Origin: a virus
Taxonomy: Duplodnaviria; Caudoviricetes
Virus record (IMG/VR): IMGVR_UViG_3300027808_000164
Span: 1 to 24,235 of that record
Strand: one strand, 5' to 3'
Length of the DNA: 24,235 nucleotides
The position numbers were made by a program, and so were the translations under genes. The stretch's first letter is position 1, and each line of letters opens with the position of its first letter. Shown in pieces: positions 1 to 7,172 of this stretch. Below the pieces are notes generated by a model. It did no database searches. It had not been told where the DNA came from and was given only the letters and a program-made list of their open reading frames with translations.

Positions 1-96
1 CTGACAGGCTGGGAAGTCCCGTAGCAACTCTCTTACCAACTTACGGCGTTCAGTTGCGTACAGGCTTTCCATCTTCTTTGAACGTGGTCTAATCAT
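1..96 (-). CDS. N-terminus of probable HNH endonuclease (runs off window)
   Basis: Manual translation MIRPRSKKMESLYATERRKLVRELLRDFPACQ. A basic N-terminus leading into R..L....P.C is typical of phage HNH proteins; the catalytic part lies outside the window. Confidence 0.45.
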   Translation of the reverse strand, partial: MIRPRSKKMESLYATERRKLVRELLRDFPACQ

Positions 97-262
97 CAAT
101 AAGACTAATCGTTATGCAAGGATAATCAACTCGGCACTCTACGCATTGTGGAACAGCAAACTTGTAGCTGATCTCATCACCATTATCAAGATAGTCATGA
201 ACTGCTGTTACTTCGCAATGCAATTCTCTAATGACTTCTTCAAGTTTTGTTTTATCAGTCAT
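89..262 (-). CDS. 57-aa hypothetical Zn-binding protein
   Basis: Manual ORF MTDKTKLEEVIRELH...CVEC RVDYPCIT. It has an H...CxxC...YPC.T pattern and overlaps both neighbours tightly. Confidence 0.7.
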   Translation of the reverse strand: MTDKTKLEEVIRELHCEVTAVHDYLDNGDEISYKFAVPQCVECRVDYPCITISLIDD

Positions 263-512
263 TAAACTTCAAGTCCCTAATGATTATGTATGCTTCTGCC
301 TTTGCCGTCTGCATCCCTAACTTAACACTAGGGTCAGGATGATCAACCGTCATGTAGTTAATTGCTTCTAGTAACGTGTCACGGTATGCCAACAAACTTT
401 TGTTGCGGTAGCAACGTGGGCATAATGAATAGGTTCTTAGTAGCTCGCTGACTGTCCACCAGCCATCCGTTTCTTTGGATGACCGGTGGCAGCTGTGACA
501 TTCAGTTTTCAT
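255..512 (-). CDS. hypothetical Zn-finger protein
   Basis: CHSC...CPRC; part of a tightly packed minus-strand operon. Confidence 0.7.
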   Translation of the reverse strand: MKTECHSCHRSSKETDGWWTVSELLRTYSLCPRCYRNKSLLAYRDTLLEAINYMTVDHPDPSVKLGMQTAKAEAYIIIRDLKFND

Positions 513-705
513 TCTTGAACGGCTTACTTAGTTCTTCTGTGTAAGCGTACTTGCGATCTAATGCTTCAAAGATTGGCTCTAGTGAGTCACCCTCATCCAT
601 CAAATTGCAGAACTCTAACTTAGTGTGTTGCATTGCTAACTTGTATCCTGCAAGGAATGTCAAGATAGTTACTGATGCGACTGATAATACAAGGGCAGTT
701 ATCAT
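502..705 (-). CDS. small membrane-anchored hypothetical protein
   Basis: N-terminal hydrophobic helix MITALVLSVASVTILTFLAGY; ATG at 705 forms an ATGA overlap with the ssb stop. Confidence 0.7.
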   Translation of the reverse strand: MITALVLSVASVTILTFLAGYKLAMQHTKLEFCNLMDEGDSLEPIFEALDRKYAYTEELSKPFKNEN

Positions 706-1079
706 AACCAAGGGTCACTTTCATCTGTTGTTGTTTCTTTTGCTTTGTTTGCTTTAACTACGGCAGCAATGTCATCAGCTGTAATTTCTACTGATGTACG
801 CTCTACACCGTTCTTATCTTCATACTTAGATACGCGAACTTTACCGACCACAAGAATTGGCTGACCCTTCTTAAAGGTATCGGCTACTGCTTCTGCTAGT
901 CCACGCCATAGAACAATGTCAAAGTAACTGGTGTCACCGTCTGCCCATGTTCCGTTATCTGCTTTCTTGCGTTCGTTACACGCAATGCGCAACTTGCAAC
1001 GGCTTATGCCTGATGCTGTTACTTGGAAGTCTGGTTCAAATACCAGATTTCCCTGTGCTGTGATTGTTGGTAGTGCCAT
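702..1079 (-). CDS. ssb: single-stranded DNA-binding protein
   Basis: OB-fold SSB motifs: ITAQGNL..EP, W..GDTSYFDIVLWRGLAE, KKGQPILVVGK, YEDKNG..R..VEITAD; acidic tail DESDPWL. Confidence 0.95.
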   Translation of the reverse strand: MALPTITAQGNLVFEPDFQVTASGISRCKLRIACNERKKADNGTWADGDTSYFDIVLWRGLAEAVADTFKKGQPILVVGKVRVSKYEDKNGVERTSVEITADDIAAVVKANKAKETTTDESDPWL

Positions 1080-1083
1080 TTGT

Positions 1084-1410
1084 TTATCCTGCTTCCTTTA
1101 GTGCCTTGCGGCTGTTTCTTTTTTCCATTGCGTTTGGTGAAGGTATGTCCACCAAATCTTTGTAGTGCTGATCTATTCTTACGGGAGTGATGTTAAAAAG
1201 TTCCCGCACCTTGACACGCATTGTTTCAGTTGTGCCTGCCCAGTAGCCATTGACCTTAACCTTTAACGCATAGTCAAGGCAGTCATCAAATACCGGGCAA
1301 CCCATACAAGTTGTTTTTAGTAGTTTCTCTAGCTTCGGACTCATGTTGTTAGTCGGAAAGAATAGTTCTGGGTCTAGTCCTATGCAACTTGCACCTTTTG
1401 TATTAAACAT
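1084..1410 (-). CDS. whiB: WhiB family (Fe-S) transcription factor
   Basis: C(ASCIGLDPELFFP)...CMGCPVFDDCLDYAL...GYWAGTT: four-Cys pattern plus a G-x-W-x-G turn. Confidence 0.92.
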   Translation of the reverse strand: MFNTKGASCIGLDPELFFPTNNMSPKLEKLLKTTCMGCPVFDDCLDYALKVKVNGYWAGTTETMRVKVRELFNITPVRIDQHYKDLVDIPSPNAMEKRNSRKALKEAG

Positions 1411-1825
1411 CTTCTACCTCGCTTGCAATAATGTGGCAACCGATTCTGTCTGTTGCGTATTGCTTAGATGCGCTTACAGCTACAACAAGAGCATCGTCTG
1501 TGTAGAGTCCACCAGTTGTAAGTCCATCAAATGTGCTGCGTATTAACTTATCTAAGTCAGGCTTAACGCTAGGCCATTTACGGCTAACAGTCTTAGGTTT
1601 AGGAAGAAAGAACACAAGGGCAATCTCAACCGGTGTCGTAATTGTCCATTGTTCTGCGTTAGGCCATTTGCTTGCGCGGTATTCCTGCGTTTGAGTTGCT
1701 ACCGCTTCGCGCCAAGGCTTAACCTTCTTGCTCGACTCAACCATAACCACACGACCATTCTTCACAAACCCGTTCTTTGAACCCTGTGGTGCTGGCTCGC
1801 CTTCTACAAAGTAACTAATCATCAT
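1403..1825 (-). CDS. rusA: RusA-like Holliday junction resolvase
   Basis: GEPAPQGSK, KPWREAV, KPDLDKLIRSTFDGLT and DDALVV catalytic Asp motifs. Confidence 0.93.
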   Translation of the reverse strand: MMISYFVEGEPAPQGSKNGFVKNGRVVMVESSKKVKPWREAVATQTQEYRASKWPNAEQWTITTPVEIALVFFLPKPKTVSRKWPSVKPDLDKLIRSTFDGLTTGGLYTDDALVVAVSASKQYATDRIGCHIIASEVEDV

Positions 1826-1964
1826 CCACGACTAATCGCAGCTGAGCCACTAACGCATCCTGTTGTTCTTGAACCTGTCTCGGTATTGCCTGAGCAAATG
1901 ACATTATGAGCATTCCAAAAAATCCACCTAGTAAGAATAAGACTGAACCAAGTATGAACGTCAT
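1815..1964 (-). CDS. 49-aa membrane microprotein
   Basis: Manual ORF MTFILGSVLFLLGGFFGMLIMSFAQAIPRQVQEQQDALVAQLRLVVDDD; ATGA overlap with the upstream stop; fills the gap exactly. Confidence 0.75.
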   Translation of the reverse strand: MTFILGSVLFLLGGFFGMLIMSFAQAIPRQVQEQQDALVAQLRLVVDDD

Positions 1965-2524
1965 GCTCCGAGTTCTACTTTCTTGTTGTTGAAGATAAGC
2001 CGTAGGTTGCGTTTCTCAGCATCTGTAAATGCCCCACCTTGAATCAGTGGCACAACCTCAGTTAATTCAATAAGCGACCCTGCGTTACTGATACGGTCAA
2101 TCATTTTCTGAGTAGCCGTACTTAGTTCTTTTGTTGGCTTTGTTATTGGTTTTGTTTCGCCGGGTGCTTCTTTAGCCCATAAATCAAGTGCTACTCCAAA
2201 GCGCATTGCTGCAACCCTGAGAGCGTTGGAAATTGCAGCTTTGGTCATGTCAAACTTATCTCTGCCTTGTGGTTCACCGTAGCCATAACGAGTAACACCG
2301 CAGACCGTGAGTTTAATCCAGAGTCCACCATTGCTGTCAAACTTGGGTAAGCCGTCTAAATCAAATGCGACTGGTTCCCAAGTCCACATTGGGTCTACCT
2401 GAAGTAAGCGATCAGTCACCCACGCATGAGAAACATAATCAAGTTGTAATCCCCCTGTCGGTAATTTCTGAATATGTTCTTTAGGAAATGGTGCGCGTAA
2501 CGCATCCTGCTGTTCCTGTTTCAT
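1961..2524 (-). CDS. Rad52/Sak-like single-strand annealing protein
   Basis: LRAPFP, LDYVSHAWVTDRLLQVDPMWTWE, LTVCGVTRYGYG and KAAISNALRVAAMRFGVALDLW match Rad52/22-family phage annealases. Confidence 0.85.
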   Translation of the reverse strand: MKQEQQDALRAPFPKEHIQKLPTGGLQLDYVSHAWVTDRLLQVDPMWTWEPVAFDLDGLPKFDSNGGLWIKLTVCGVTRYGYGEPQGRDKFDMTKAAISNALRVAAMRFGVALDLWAKEAPGETKPITKPTKELSTATQKMIDRISNAGSLIELTEVVPLIQGGAFTDAEKRNLRLIFNNKKVELGA

Positions 2525-2739
2525 GCTTTGTCCTTTTCTTGTAGGTTCTTGATCTTGCGCTTTAAGTCAATTGCTTCTTGCTTACTTAGTTTTCTTGTAT
2601 CAAAAGGTTTACCAAGTAGGTCTGACAGAAAGATAATCTGCTGCGCTGGGTGCGTGATGCCTGAGTATTCCAGCATCTTGCGTATCTTGTGCTTGTCCTC
2701 AAGGGTTGCAAACTCTTTTGAGTAAGGTACGAAACTCAT
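2521..2739 (-). CDS. hypothetical protein
   Basis: Start reassigned to MSFVPYSKEF (TAATG coupling); C-terminal LSKQEAIDL helix. Confidence 0.7.
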   Translation of the reverse strand: MSFVPYSKEFATLEDKHKIRKMLEYSGITHPAQQIIFLSDLLGKPFDTRKLSKQEAIDLKRKIKNLQEKDKA

Positions 2740-2861
2740 TAGTAACCACCTAACGCAAACCAAGTGCCTGCAAACAAAATCCAAGCTGCACCGATTACTA
2801 CAACGGCTTTTAATACCTCGCCAATAAATCTGGCCCGTGGTGTCCAGTTCCAGTTAGTCAT
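2739..2861 (-). CDS. 40-aa membrane microprotein
   Basis: MTNWNWTPRARFIGEVLKAVVVIGAAWILFAGTWFALGGY; single TM helix; overlaps upstream stop. Confidence 0.7.
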   Translation of the reverse strand: MTNWNWTPRARFIGEVLKAVVVIGAAWILFAGTWFALGGY

Positions 2862-3048
2862 TGAAATCAGCCACTCTTTTAATGTTTGTGAACCAATCCC
2901 CACAAGCTTCACAACTTTCCAAACATCTTTTGCCAGCAAACTTGTAAACACTTATGACTCCACAGAAGTCACATTGTCCTTTTACATATTCAAAATCTTT
3001 GCCCCGTTGAATCTTGTTTACCAATGTGTTATCTGTCCAGTTACGCAT
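2854..3048 (-). CDS. hypothetical Zn-finger protein
   Basis: CDFC...CLESCEAC; TAATG coupling to the upstream gene. Confidence 0.7.
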   Translation of the reverse strand: MRNWTDNTLVNKIQRGKDFEYVKGQCDFCGVISVYKFAGKRCLESCEACGDWFTNIKRVADFND

Positions 3049-3239
3049 TACGCCACCTTCACTGAATCTTGTGCGCTTTTTAGTGTTGGGTATGTAGAAC
3101 CAACCCAGTCAATGTCCCAATCGGTTGAACCATCATTAACGTAGATTCCCCAACATTTTGGGCCAACGTTTTTAATCATAAATTTGTTATCCGAAGATAC
3201 ATAAATTCGACCTTCTTGAAGTTTCCATTTAATTGTCAT
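3048..3239 (-). CDS. hypothetical early protein
   Basis: ATGA coupling; C-terminal YPTLKSAQ resembles the common small-phage-protein 'TL.xA' helix. Confidence 0.7.
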   Translation of the reverse strand: MTIKWKLQEGRIYVSSDNKFMIKNVGPKCWGIYVNDGSTDWDIDWVGSTYPTLKSAQDSVKVA

Positions 3240-3502
3240 TGGCTTATTTCCCAGTTTTTATAGATTGACATAGCCCAACCTGTATAGGCTTCAGTCCAAA
3301 CGCCTTGAACTTTTGGTTGGGATTCGTATACCCATTCATAAGGCCCACCTTCCCAAATAACTGCGTAAGGAACTACTCCTGCGCTCCACTCAAAATTTTT
3401 GATAAGAGTTGGTTGGCATCCTTCAGTAATTGCCCATTTGTATTTTTTCTTCACTTGTGAAAGAACTTGCTCGGCTTGCTTCTTGGTAACTTCAACAGCC
3501 AT
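3236..3502 (-). CDS. hypothetical early protein (Trp-rich)
   Basis: Coupled to both neighbours; VIWEGGPYEW motif. Confidence 0.75.
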   Translation of the reverse strand: MAVEVTKKQAEQVLSQVKKKYKWAITEGCQPTLIKNFEWSAGVVPYAVIWEGGPYEWVYESQPKVQGVWTEAYTGWAMSIYKNWEISQ

Positions 3503-3651
3503 TATTTGCCTACCGCCTTTTTATGATTAGCTTTTGCACATTTGCCACAAACAGTATTTGCAAAATAACCTAGATTATCTTCGTGACCGCAAGTTGCTTT
3601 TAGATTGATGATCTTGTCTTCCAGACCAATACTCATTACGATAATTTCCAT
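3502..3651 (-). CDS. 49-aa Zn-finger microprotein
   Basis: Manual ORF MEIIVMSIG...ATCGHEDNLGYFANTVCGKCAKANHKKAVGK; TAATG overlaps at both ends. Confidence 0.75.
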   Translation of the reverse strand: MEIIVMSIGLEDKIINLKATCGHEDNLGYFANTVCGKCAKANHKKAVGK

Positions 3652-3893
3652 TATTTAACCATCTCTTTCAACTGAGCTTTGATGCTTTTTGCGACTTCGC
3701 CTTTCCATGAACCAGCGTTGGCAAGAAAGTAACTCACCACTGATTTGCCACTGTCTGCGTAGTAATTATCGTTCACGCTAGACAGGGAACCCATTGCTTC
3801 TAAGTAAGACTTGGCGTACGGGCTGACATTTTTCCAATCTGCCCAAACTTCTTCTGCTATTTCCCAGACTTGCTTTTCTTTTTGAGCAATCAT
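3651..3893 (-). CDS. conserved phage early protein of unknown function
   Basis: Start reassigned to MIAQKEK (TAATG). EIA.EV..DWKNV...A..YL.AM..L....D.Y..DSGKSVV.YFLANA..WKGE.AK.IK.QLK is recognised from memory as a widespread phage family. Confidence 0.8.
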   Translation of the reverse strand: MIAQKEKQVWEIAEEVWADWKNVSPYAKSYLEAMGSLSSVNDNYYADSGKSVVSYFLANAGSWKGEVAKSIKAQLKEMVK

Positions 3894-4069
3894 TACGCAC
3901 CAGCTACATAAACATTGTTGAAAGCTACTGCACAATAACTTTCCGCGTGGCTGCAACCTGAGTGCGCCCATTCTTCTTCAAAAACGCCTTTTGCAACAGC
4001 CCGTTCCATTGATGCAATGTATTGTTCTACGGACTTTTCCCATTCTGGGCTTCCAACGATTGATTCCAT
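3893..4069 (-). CDS. 58-aa hypothetical protein, first gene of an early operon
   Basis: Manual ORF MESIVGSPEWEKSVEQY...HSGCSHAESYC...; SD AAGGA upstream; TAATG coupling downstream. Confidence 0.75.
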   Translation of the reverse strand: MESIVGSPEWEKSVEQYIASMERAVAKGVFEEEWAHSGCSHAESYCAVAFNNVYVAGA

Positions 4070-4115
4070 CTGCTTTGTTCCTTTGCTTTTCTTGGAACTT
4101 TTTAGTTCCCCTTAC

Positions 4116-4189
4116 ATGTATAACATTACGGCATTGAGCAGCTTTTGTACGCCATTTAGGGCATATTTATGTAACGTTTTGATAACAAA
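4116..4189 (-). promoter_or_regulatory. promoter of early microprotein operon with operator copy
   Basis: -10 TAATGT (4123-4128) overlaps palindrome ATGT-ATA-ACAT (4116-4126); upstream TTTG-ATAACAAA variant at 4178-4189. Confidence 0.6.
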
Positions 4190-4206
4190 TAAATAGAACA
4201 GATGTT

Positions 4207-4545
4207 CTAATTTGTGTAAGCGTAAACCCTGAGAAAACGGCGTTTTTCTAATCGTTCTTTTGGTAGCTTTGGGGACTTACTTAATTTGAATCTTTCATCA
4301 GGTGTCATTCCGCCCCACATTCCCCATTTTTCATCTAGCCCAATCTCTAAGCAGAATCCAACTACCGGGCATTCTTCGCATAAGCGTTTGGCTATTGCGT
4401 ACAGGTGAGGTTCTTCGTTCTCAGGAAAGCAAGTGTCAGGGCTTGCATCACGGCAGGCAGCTGAATACATCCATGAATCTGGCGCGGTGCAGATAAGGCA
4501 CATTCCAGAATCTAGCCACGCTTCATGGTCGCAATCTTTAAGCAT
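4207..4545 (-). CDS. whiB: WhiB family transcription factor with N-terminal Cys/His extension
   Basis: WMYSAACRDASPDTCFP...AKRLCEECPVVGFCLEIGL...GMWGGMTPDER. Confidence 0.93.
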   Translation of the reverse strand: MLKDCDHEAWLDSGMCLICTAPDSWMYSAACRDASPDTCFPENEEPHLYAIAKRLCEECPVVGFCLEIGLDEKWGMWGGMTPDERFKLSKSPKLPKERLEKRRFLRVYAYTN

Positions 4546-4552
4546 CTACCCA

Positions 4553-4894
4553 TTATGGTCGCTTAAGTCCCAATTGCACGAGTTTGGCTCGCACCTCATC
4601 TGACATTCCCTGTGACTTAGGACTTGAACCAATGGCTCTAACGTTGTCTATTTCGTGCTGACGTGATCTGTGAGCAGTCCAGAATGCGTTTAAGTGTGCC
4701 GGCATTATTGATTCTGTTGCGGATTTGTAGTGCTTGCCAACTGCATCACGGGCAAACTCAAATTCCATTGCTTCACTTAGTGCCAATGACCATCCTTCAA
4801 CCTTTGCCCTAAACCCTGCTTCATCAGCTGCGCCTAGTCGGGCATCTATTGAAACCGCTATTGCTAAGACCTTGCCTATTTCTGCTTTGTTCAT
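4553..4894 (-). CDS. helicase loader/inhibitor-like protein (SPP1 G39P-like)
   Basis: MNKAEIGKVLAIA..ID.R...VEGW...L....FE.A.DAV..HY.....IMPAHL; directly follows the initiator with ATGA overlap. Confidence 0.65.
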   Translation of the reverse strand: MNKAEIGKVLAIAVSIDARLGAADEAGFRAKVEGWSLALSEAMEFEFARDAVGKHYKSATESIMPAHLNAFWTAHRSRQHEIDNVRAIGSSPKSQGMSDEVRAKLVQLGLKRP

Positions 4895-5670
4895 TGTTCT
4901 ATTTCCTTTGCTTCGTTCTCTAGGTTCTTTAACCAGTCCATTGTCTTAGTGAACTTGCTTTGCTTGGTGTTGCGCTGTGCTGCTAGTCGTAACTGATCAT
5001 ATTGCTTACGCAGTTTGCCGGGACTCATAATGTTGCCACGCCAAAAGTCATCTGCTTGACACCACTGAATTGCTTTTGTGATCTGCTCCCAACTGCGCTC
5101 GTCAATCTTGTGCAGTCGTTCCATGTCAGTTAGCCACTTGTCATTCACTACTGGTCTACGAGAACCGTTTACTTCAATCAGGTCAGCTAATAAATTGCAG
5201 GCTGCATGAATCTCGAAACCGTAGGTTCGAGTATTAAGTTCATTGGTTCTTAGTTCTATATGGTTATTAGTTCGTTCACCACTGGTGGGTATAGGGGTCT
5301 CCCCACTGGTGGGTATAGGTGTACCCACGGGTGAGCATAGGTATCTACAATGTGGAACGCTTGAAGTATGAACGTGATAAAGGTTTGAAGTCCAATCACC
5401 GTCTTTATTCTTACGATTTATCTGACACAAAGCACCCATGTCAATCAGTTCTTTCTTAGCCCTGTCCATCGTGTTGGGTGATGTACCTAATTGCTCTGCA
5501 AGTTTTTTGCGTGACCAGTAACTTGTGCCACGCTTATTGTCACCGTTCTTACGCAGCACCAGATAAAGTTTTATCGCCGTAGCTGATACGTCAGACTCAA
5601 ATACCCAGTTAGGAATTTGCTGAAACGGTAATGGCTCAACGTGTATCTCTACATTGTTGGTATCCATCAA
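4891..5670 (-). CDS. replication initiator (N-terminal HTH, lambda-O-like C-terminus)
   Basis: FQQIPNW..A..LY..L...SYWSRKKLAEQLGTS..TMDRAKKELI HTH; C-terminal W...DDFWRGNIMSPGKLRKQYDQL; internal iterons. Confidence 0.85.
   Translation of the reverse strand: MMDTNNVEIHVEPLPFQQIPNWVFESDVSATAIKLYLVLRKNGDNKRGTSYWSRKKLAEQLGTSPNTMDRAKKELIDMGALCQINRKNKDGDWTSNLYHVHTSSVPHCRYLCSPVGTPIPTSGETPIPTSGERTNNHIELRTNELNTRTYGFEIHAACNLLADLIEVNGSRRPVVNDKWLTDMERLHKIDERSWEQITKAIQWCQADDFWRGNIMSPGKLRKQYDQLRLAAQRNTKQSKFTKTMDWLKNLENEAKEIEQ
5231..5341. repeat. putative replication origin (iterons plus AT-rich tract) inside the initiator gene
   Basis: ccactggtgggtatagg at 5279-5295 and 5303-5319 (identical); ccacgggtgagcatagg at 5325-5341; adjacent AT-rich tract with repeated (ta)gttc at 5231-5277. 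Confidence 0.7.
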
Positions 5671-5972
5671 AGGTTTTCTTGAAGTTCGACCTTAGACCAC
5701 TTAAGCCGTAAAGAATCAATGACTGCTTGACGTTCCATTTCTGGCAGGTTAGCAATCTCATCCAAGCTAACTTCAACCATTTCAGAACCGCATAGAAACT
5801 CTAAGACGGCAATCATCACCAATTCATTGGCGTTAAATTCTGCGTTGTCTATGTCATCTACAACTTCCCAGACCTTAGCCCAATCCACCGGTGTTACTGC
5901 ATCGTGGTTGGAAAATAACTTGTTGTCTGCCATCCAAGTTGTCTGCACTAAATGTTCGCTTGCTGTTCTCAT
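5667..5972 (-). CDS. acidic hypothetical protein
   Basis: 101-aa ORF coupled to both neighbours. Confidence 0.7.
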   Translation of the reverse strand: MRTASEHLVQTTWMADNKLFSNHDAVTPVDWAKVWEVVDDIDNAEFNANELVMIAVLEFLCGSEMVEVSLDEIANLPEMERQAVIDSLRLKWSKVELQENL

Positions 5973-6124
5973 TGCTTTACTCCTGTCATTAGTTCAATTG
6001 CTGATCTAATTACTTGACTTACATTTGCGTTATGTTGATGCGCCCATCTCTTAACTGCAAGCATCTGCTCATTGTTAAGTCGTAAGGCAATCATGTTTTC
6101 TTTGTTATCTTTTTCTTCAGCCAT
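5969..6124 (-). CDS. ribbon-helix-helix (CopG/Arc-like) DNA-binding protein
   Basis: MAEEKDNKENMIALRLNNEQMLAVKRWAHQHNANVSQVIRSAIE: alternating beta-strand IALRL, helix, then VS.VIR.AI helix; SD AAGGA before ATG 6124. Confidence 0.8.
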   Translation of the reverse strand: MAEEKDNKENMIALRLNNEQMLAVKRWAHQHNANVSQVIRSAIELMTGVKQ

Positions 6125-6230
6125 TTTTATTTCCTTTACAGTCACATTCAATTAAACTTAGACAACTAGAACAGATTTTGTATGTTCCATCATCATTTCC
6201 ACAATTAACACAGCTCAAAATTATTCCCAT
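6117..6230 (-). CDS. 37-aa Cys-rich microprotein
   Basis: Manual ORF MGIILSCVNCGNDDGTYKICSSCLSLIECDCKGNKNG, lying between the promoter and the RHH gene. Confidence 0.55.
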   Translation of the reverse strand: MGIILSCVNCGNDDGTYKICSSCLSLIECDCKGNKNG

Positions 6231-6245
6231 CTAATCTCTTGTTTT

Positions 6246-6274
6246 TAAGTTATACGCTTTGTCTAACAAATGCA
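6246..6274 (-). promoter_or_regulatory. sigmaA-type promoter with operator, heads RHH/replication operon
   Basis: TTGCAT-17 nt-TAACTT; palindrome TTTGT-CTA-ACAAA at 6258-6270. Confidence 0.7.
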
Positions 6275-6276
6275 AA

Positions 6277-6303
6277 TAACCCCACCGATTCAGTAGGGCT
6301 ATT
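6277..6303 (-). terminator. intrinsic terminator
   Basis: Minus-strand stem AUAGCCCUACUG-AAU-CGGUGGGGUUAU (with G-U pairs) followed by UUG, just after a two-gene unit. Confidence 0.6.
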
Positions 6304-6328
6304 TTTCTATTGTTAAACAATGTAACTA

Positions 6329-6478
6329 TTATTTCCATTCAGCTAATTGCTTTTTAAGGTCTTTTAGGTCTGGGTAAATCGCACTTTTGACCACCCATGT
6401 TGGTTCAACCTTTTTACGTTTTTCTAACCACTTTATTTTTTGCTCTAACTCTTCAATGATGATTTCTGAATAGTTCAT
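6329..6478 (-). CDS. 49-aa hypothetical protein
   Basis: Manual ORF MNYSEIIIEELEQKIKWLEKRKKVEPTWVVKSAIYPDLKDLKKQLAEWK; ATG immediately after the upstream TAA. Confidence 0.7.
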   Translation of the reverse strand: MNYSEIIIEELEQKIKWLEKRKKVEPTWVVKSAIYPDLKDLKKQLAEWK

Positions 6479-6775
6479 TTAGACACCTGCAATTTTGTTT
6501 TTATAAGGATTTGCTACGCGATATTCAGCCGGCACCTTTTTTATACATTCTGAACCAACTGGGAACCATCCCATGTCGCCACCGTCTTTCATTTCTGGTT
6601 TCTCTGGGTGTGCGATACCAACTGCACCAGCAACGATCCATACTCCTTGAGATTCACCTTGCTTTGAAGTGTTACGACCACAAGCTATGCAAGCCAAAAA
6701 AGAATTTGCCTTGTGGTATTTTTCGCCCCAAGCATTTGAAAAAACATCGTCAATGTGTAAAACCTTTTCGTACAT
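6479..6775 (-). CDS. hypothetical early protein (CxxC...C)
   Basis: CIACGR...GWFPVGSECIKK; strong SD GAGGAG; first gene after the promoter. Confidence 0.8.
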   Translation of the reverse strand: MYEKVLHIDDVFSNAWGEKYHKANSFLACIACGRNTSKQGESQGVWIVAGAVGIAHPEKPEMKDGGDMGWFPVGSECIKKVPAEYRVANPYKNKIAGV

Positions 6776-6806
6776 TTCTGACTCCTCTGTTCTAGCAGGC
6801 TGCTTT

Positions 6807-6848
6807 GTCCTACATACTTATTATGACATAAGTGTATAACAAATGCAA
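6807..6848 (-). promoter_or_regulatory. sigmaA-type promoter with operator
   Basis: TTGCAT-17 nt-CATAAT with extended TGn; TGT-ATA-ACAAA at 6833-6843; followed by TATGTAGGACA. Confidence 0.75.
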
Positions 6849-6896
6849 GTCAATTATTAACTTAAAAGTTGAGTGTTTATTGGCTTTTTGGGCAAA

Positions 6897-6936
6897 GTAA
6901 ATGCCACCCGACAAAGCATAAGCGAGTGGCATTTAC
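6897..6936 (-). terminator. intrinsic terminator ending the phosphoesterase operon
   Basis: Perfect 11-bp inverted repeat GTAAATGCCAC/GTGGCATTTAC (extends to 14 bp with G-U), followed by UUU. Confidence 0.75.
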
Positions 6937-6950
6937 GGTCTAGGGATGGC

Positions 6951-7172
6951 CTAGAGCTGCGCAAGTTTGCCCAGTCTAGCGCGTAAGTGTGCCAAATACA
7001 CAATCGCATCGTCTAATTCTTCCAGCGTTTCTAAAACAATCTGCTCGCCCGATTTAGTTTCAATGCTTTGTTCAGTACCACGACTGTATTGCTCGTCACC
7101 TGTACCCATAATGCGTGAGCGCAAAGACTCAACGCACGCTGTAACTTGTTCAGCTAGTTCTTCTGAGGTCAT
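6951..7172 (-). CDS. short all-alpha MazG-like nucleotide pyrophosphatase-like protein
   Basis: G.EQY...ETLEELDDAIVYL: EExxD...Y acidic helix seen in small phage MazG/dUTPase-fold proteins. Confidence 0.5.
   Translation of the reverse strand: MTSEELAEQVTACVESLRSRIMGTGDEQYSRGTEQSIETKSGEQIVLETLEELDDAIVYLAHLRARLGKLAQL

Noticed and set aside
6776-6950. tRNA, ncRNA or attP site in the lysis/early intergenic gap
   Set aside because: The gap is explained by a terminator and a promoter; there is no cloverleaf and no integrase nearby.
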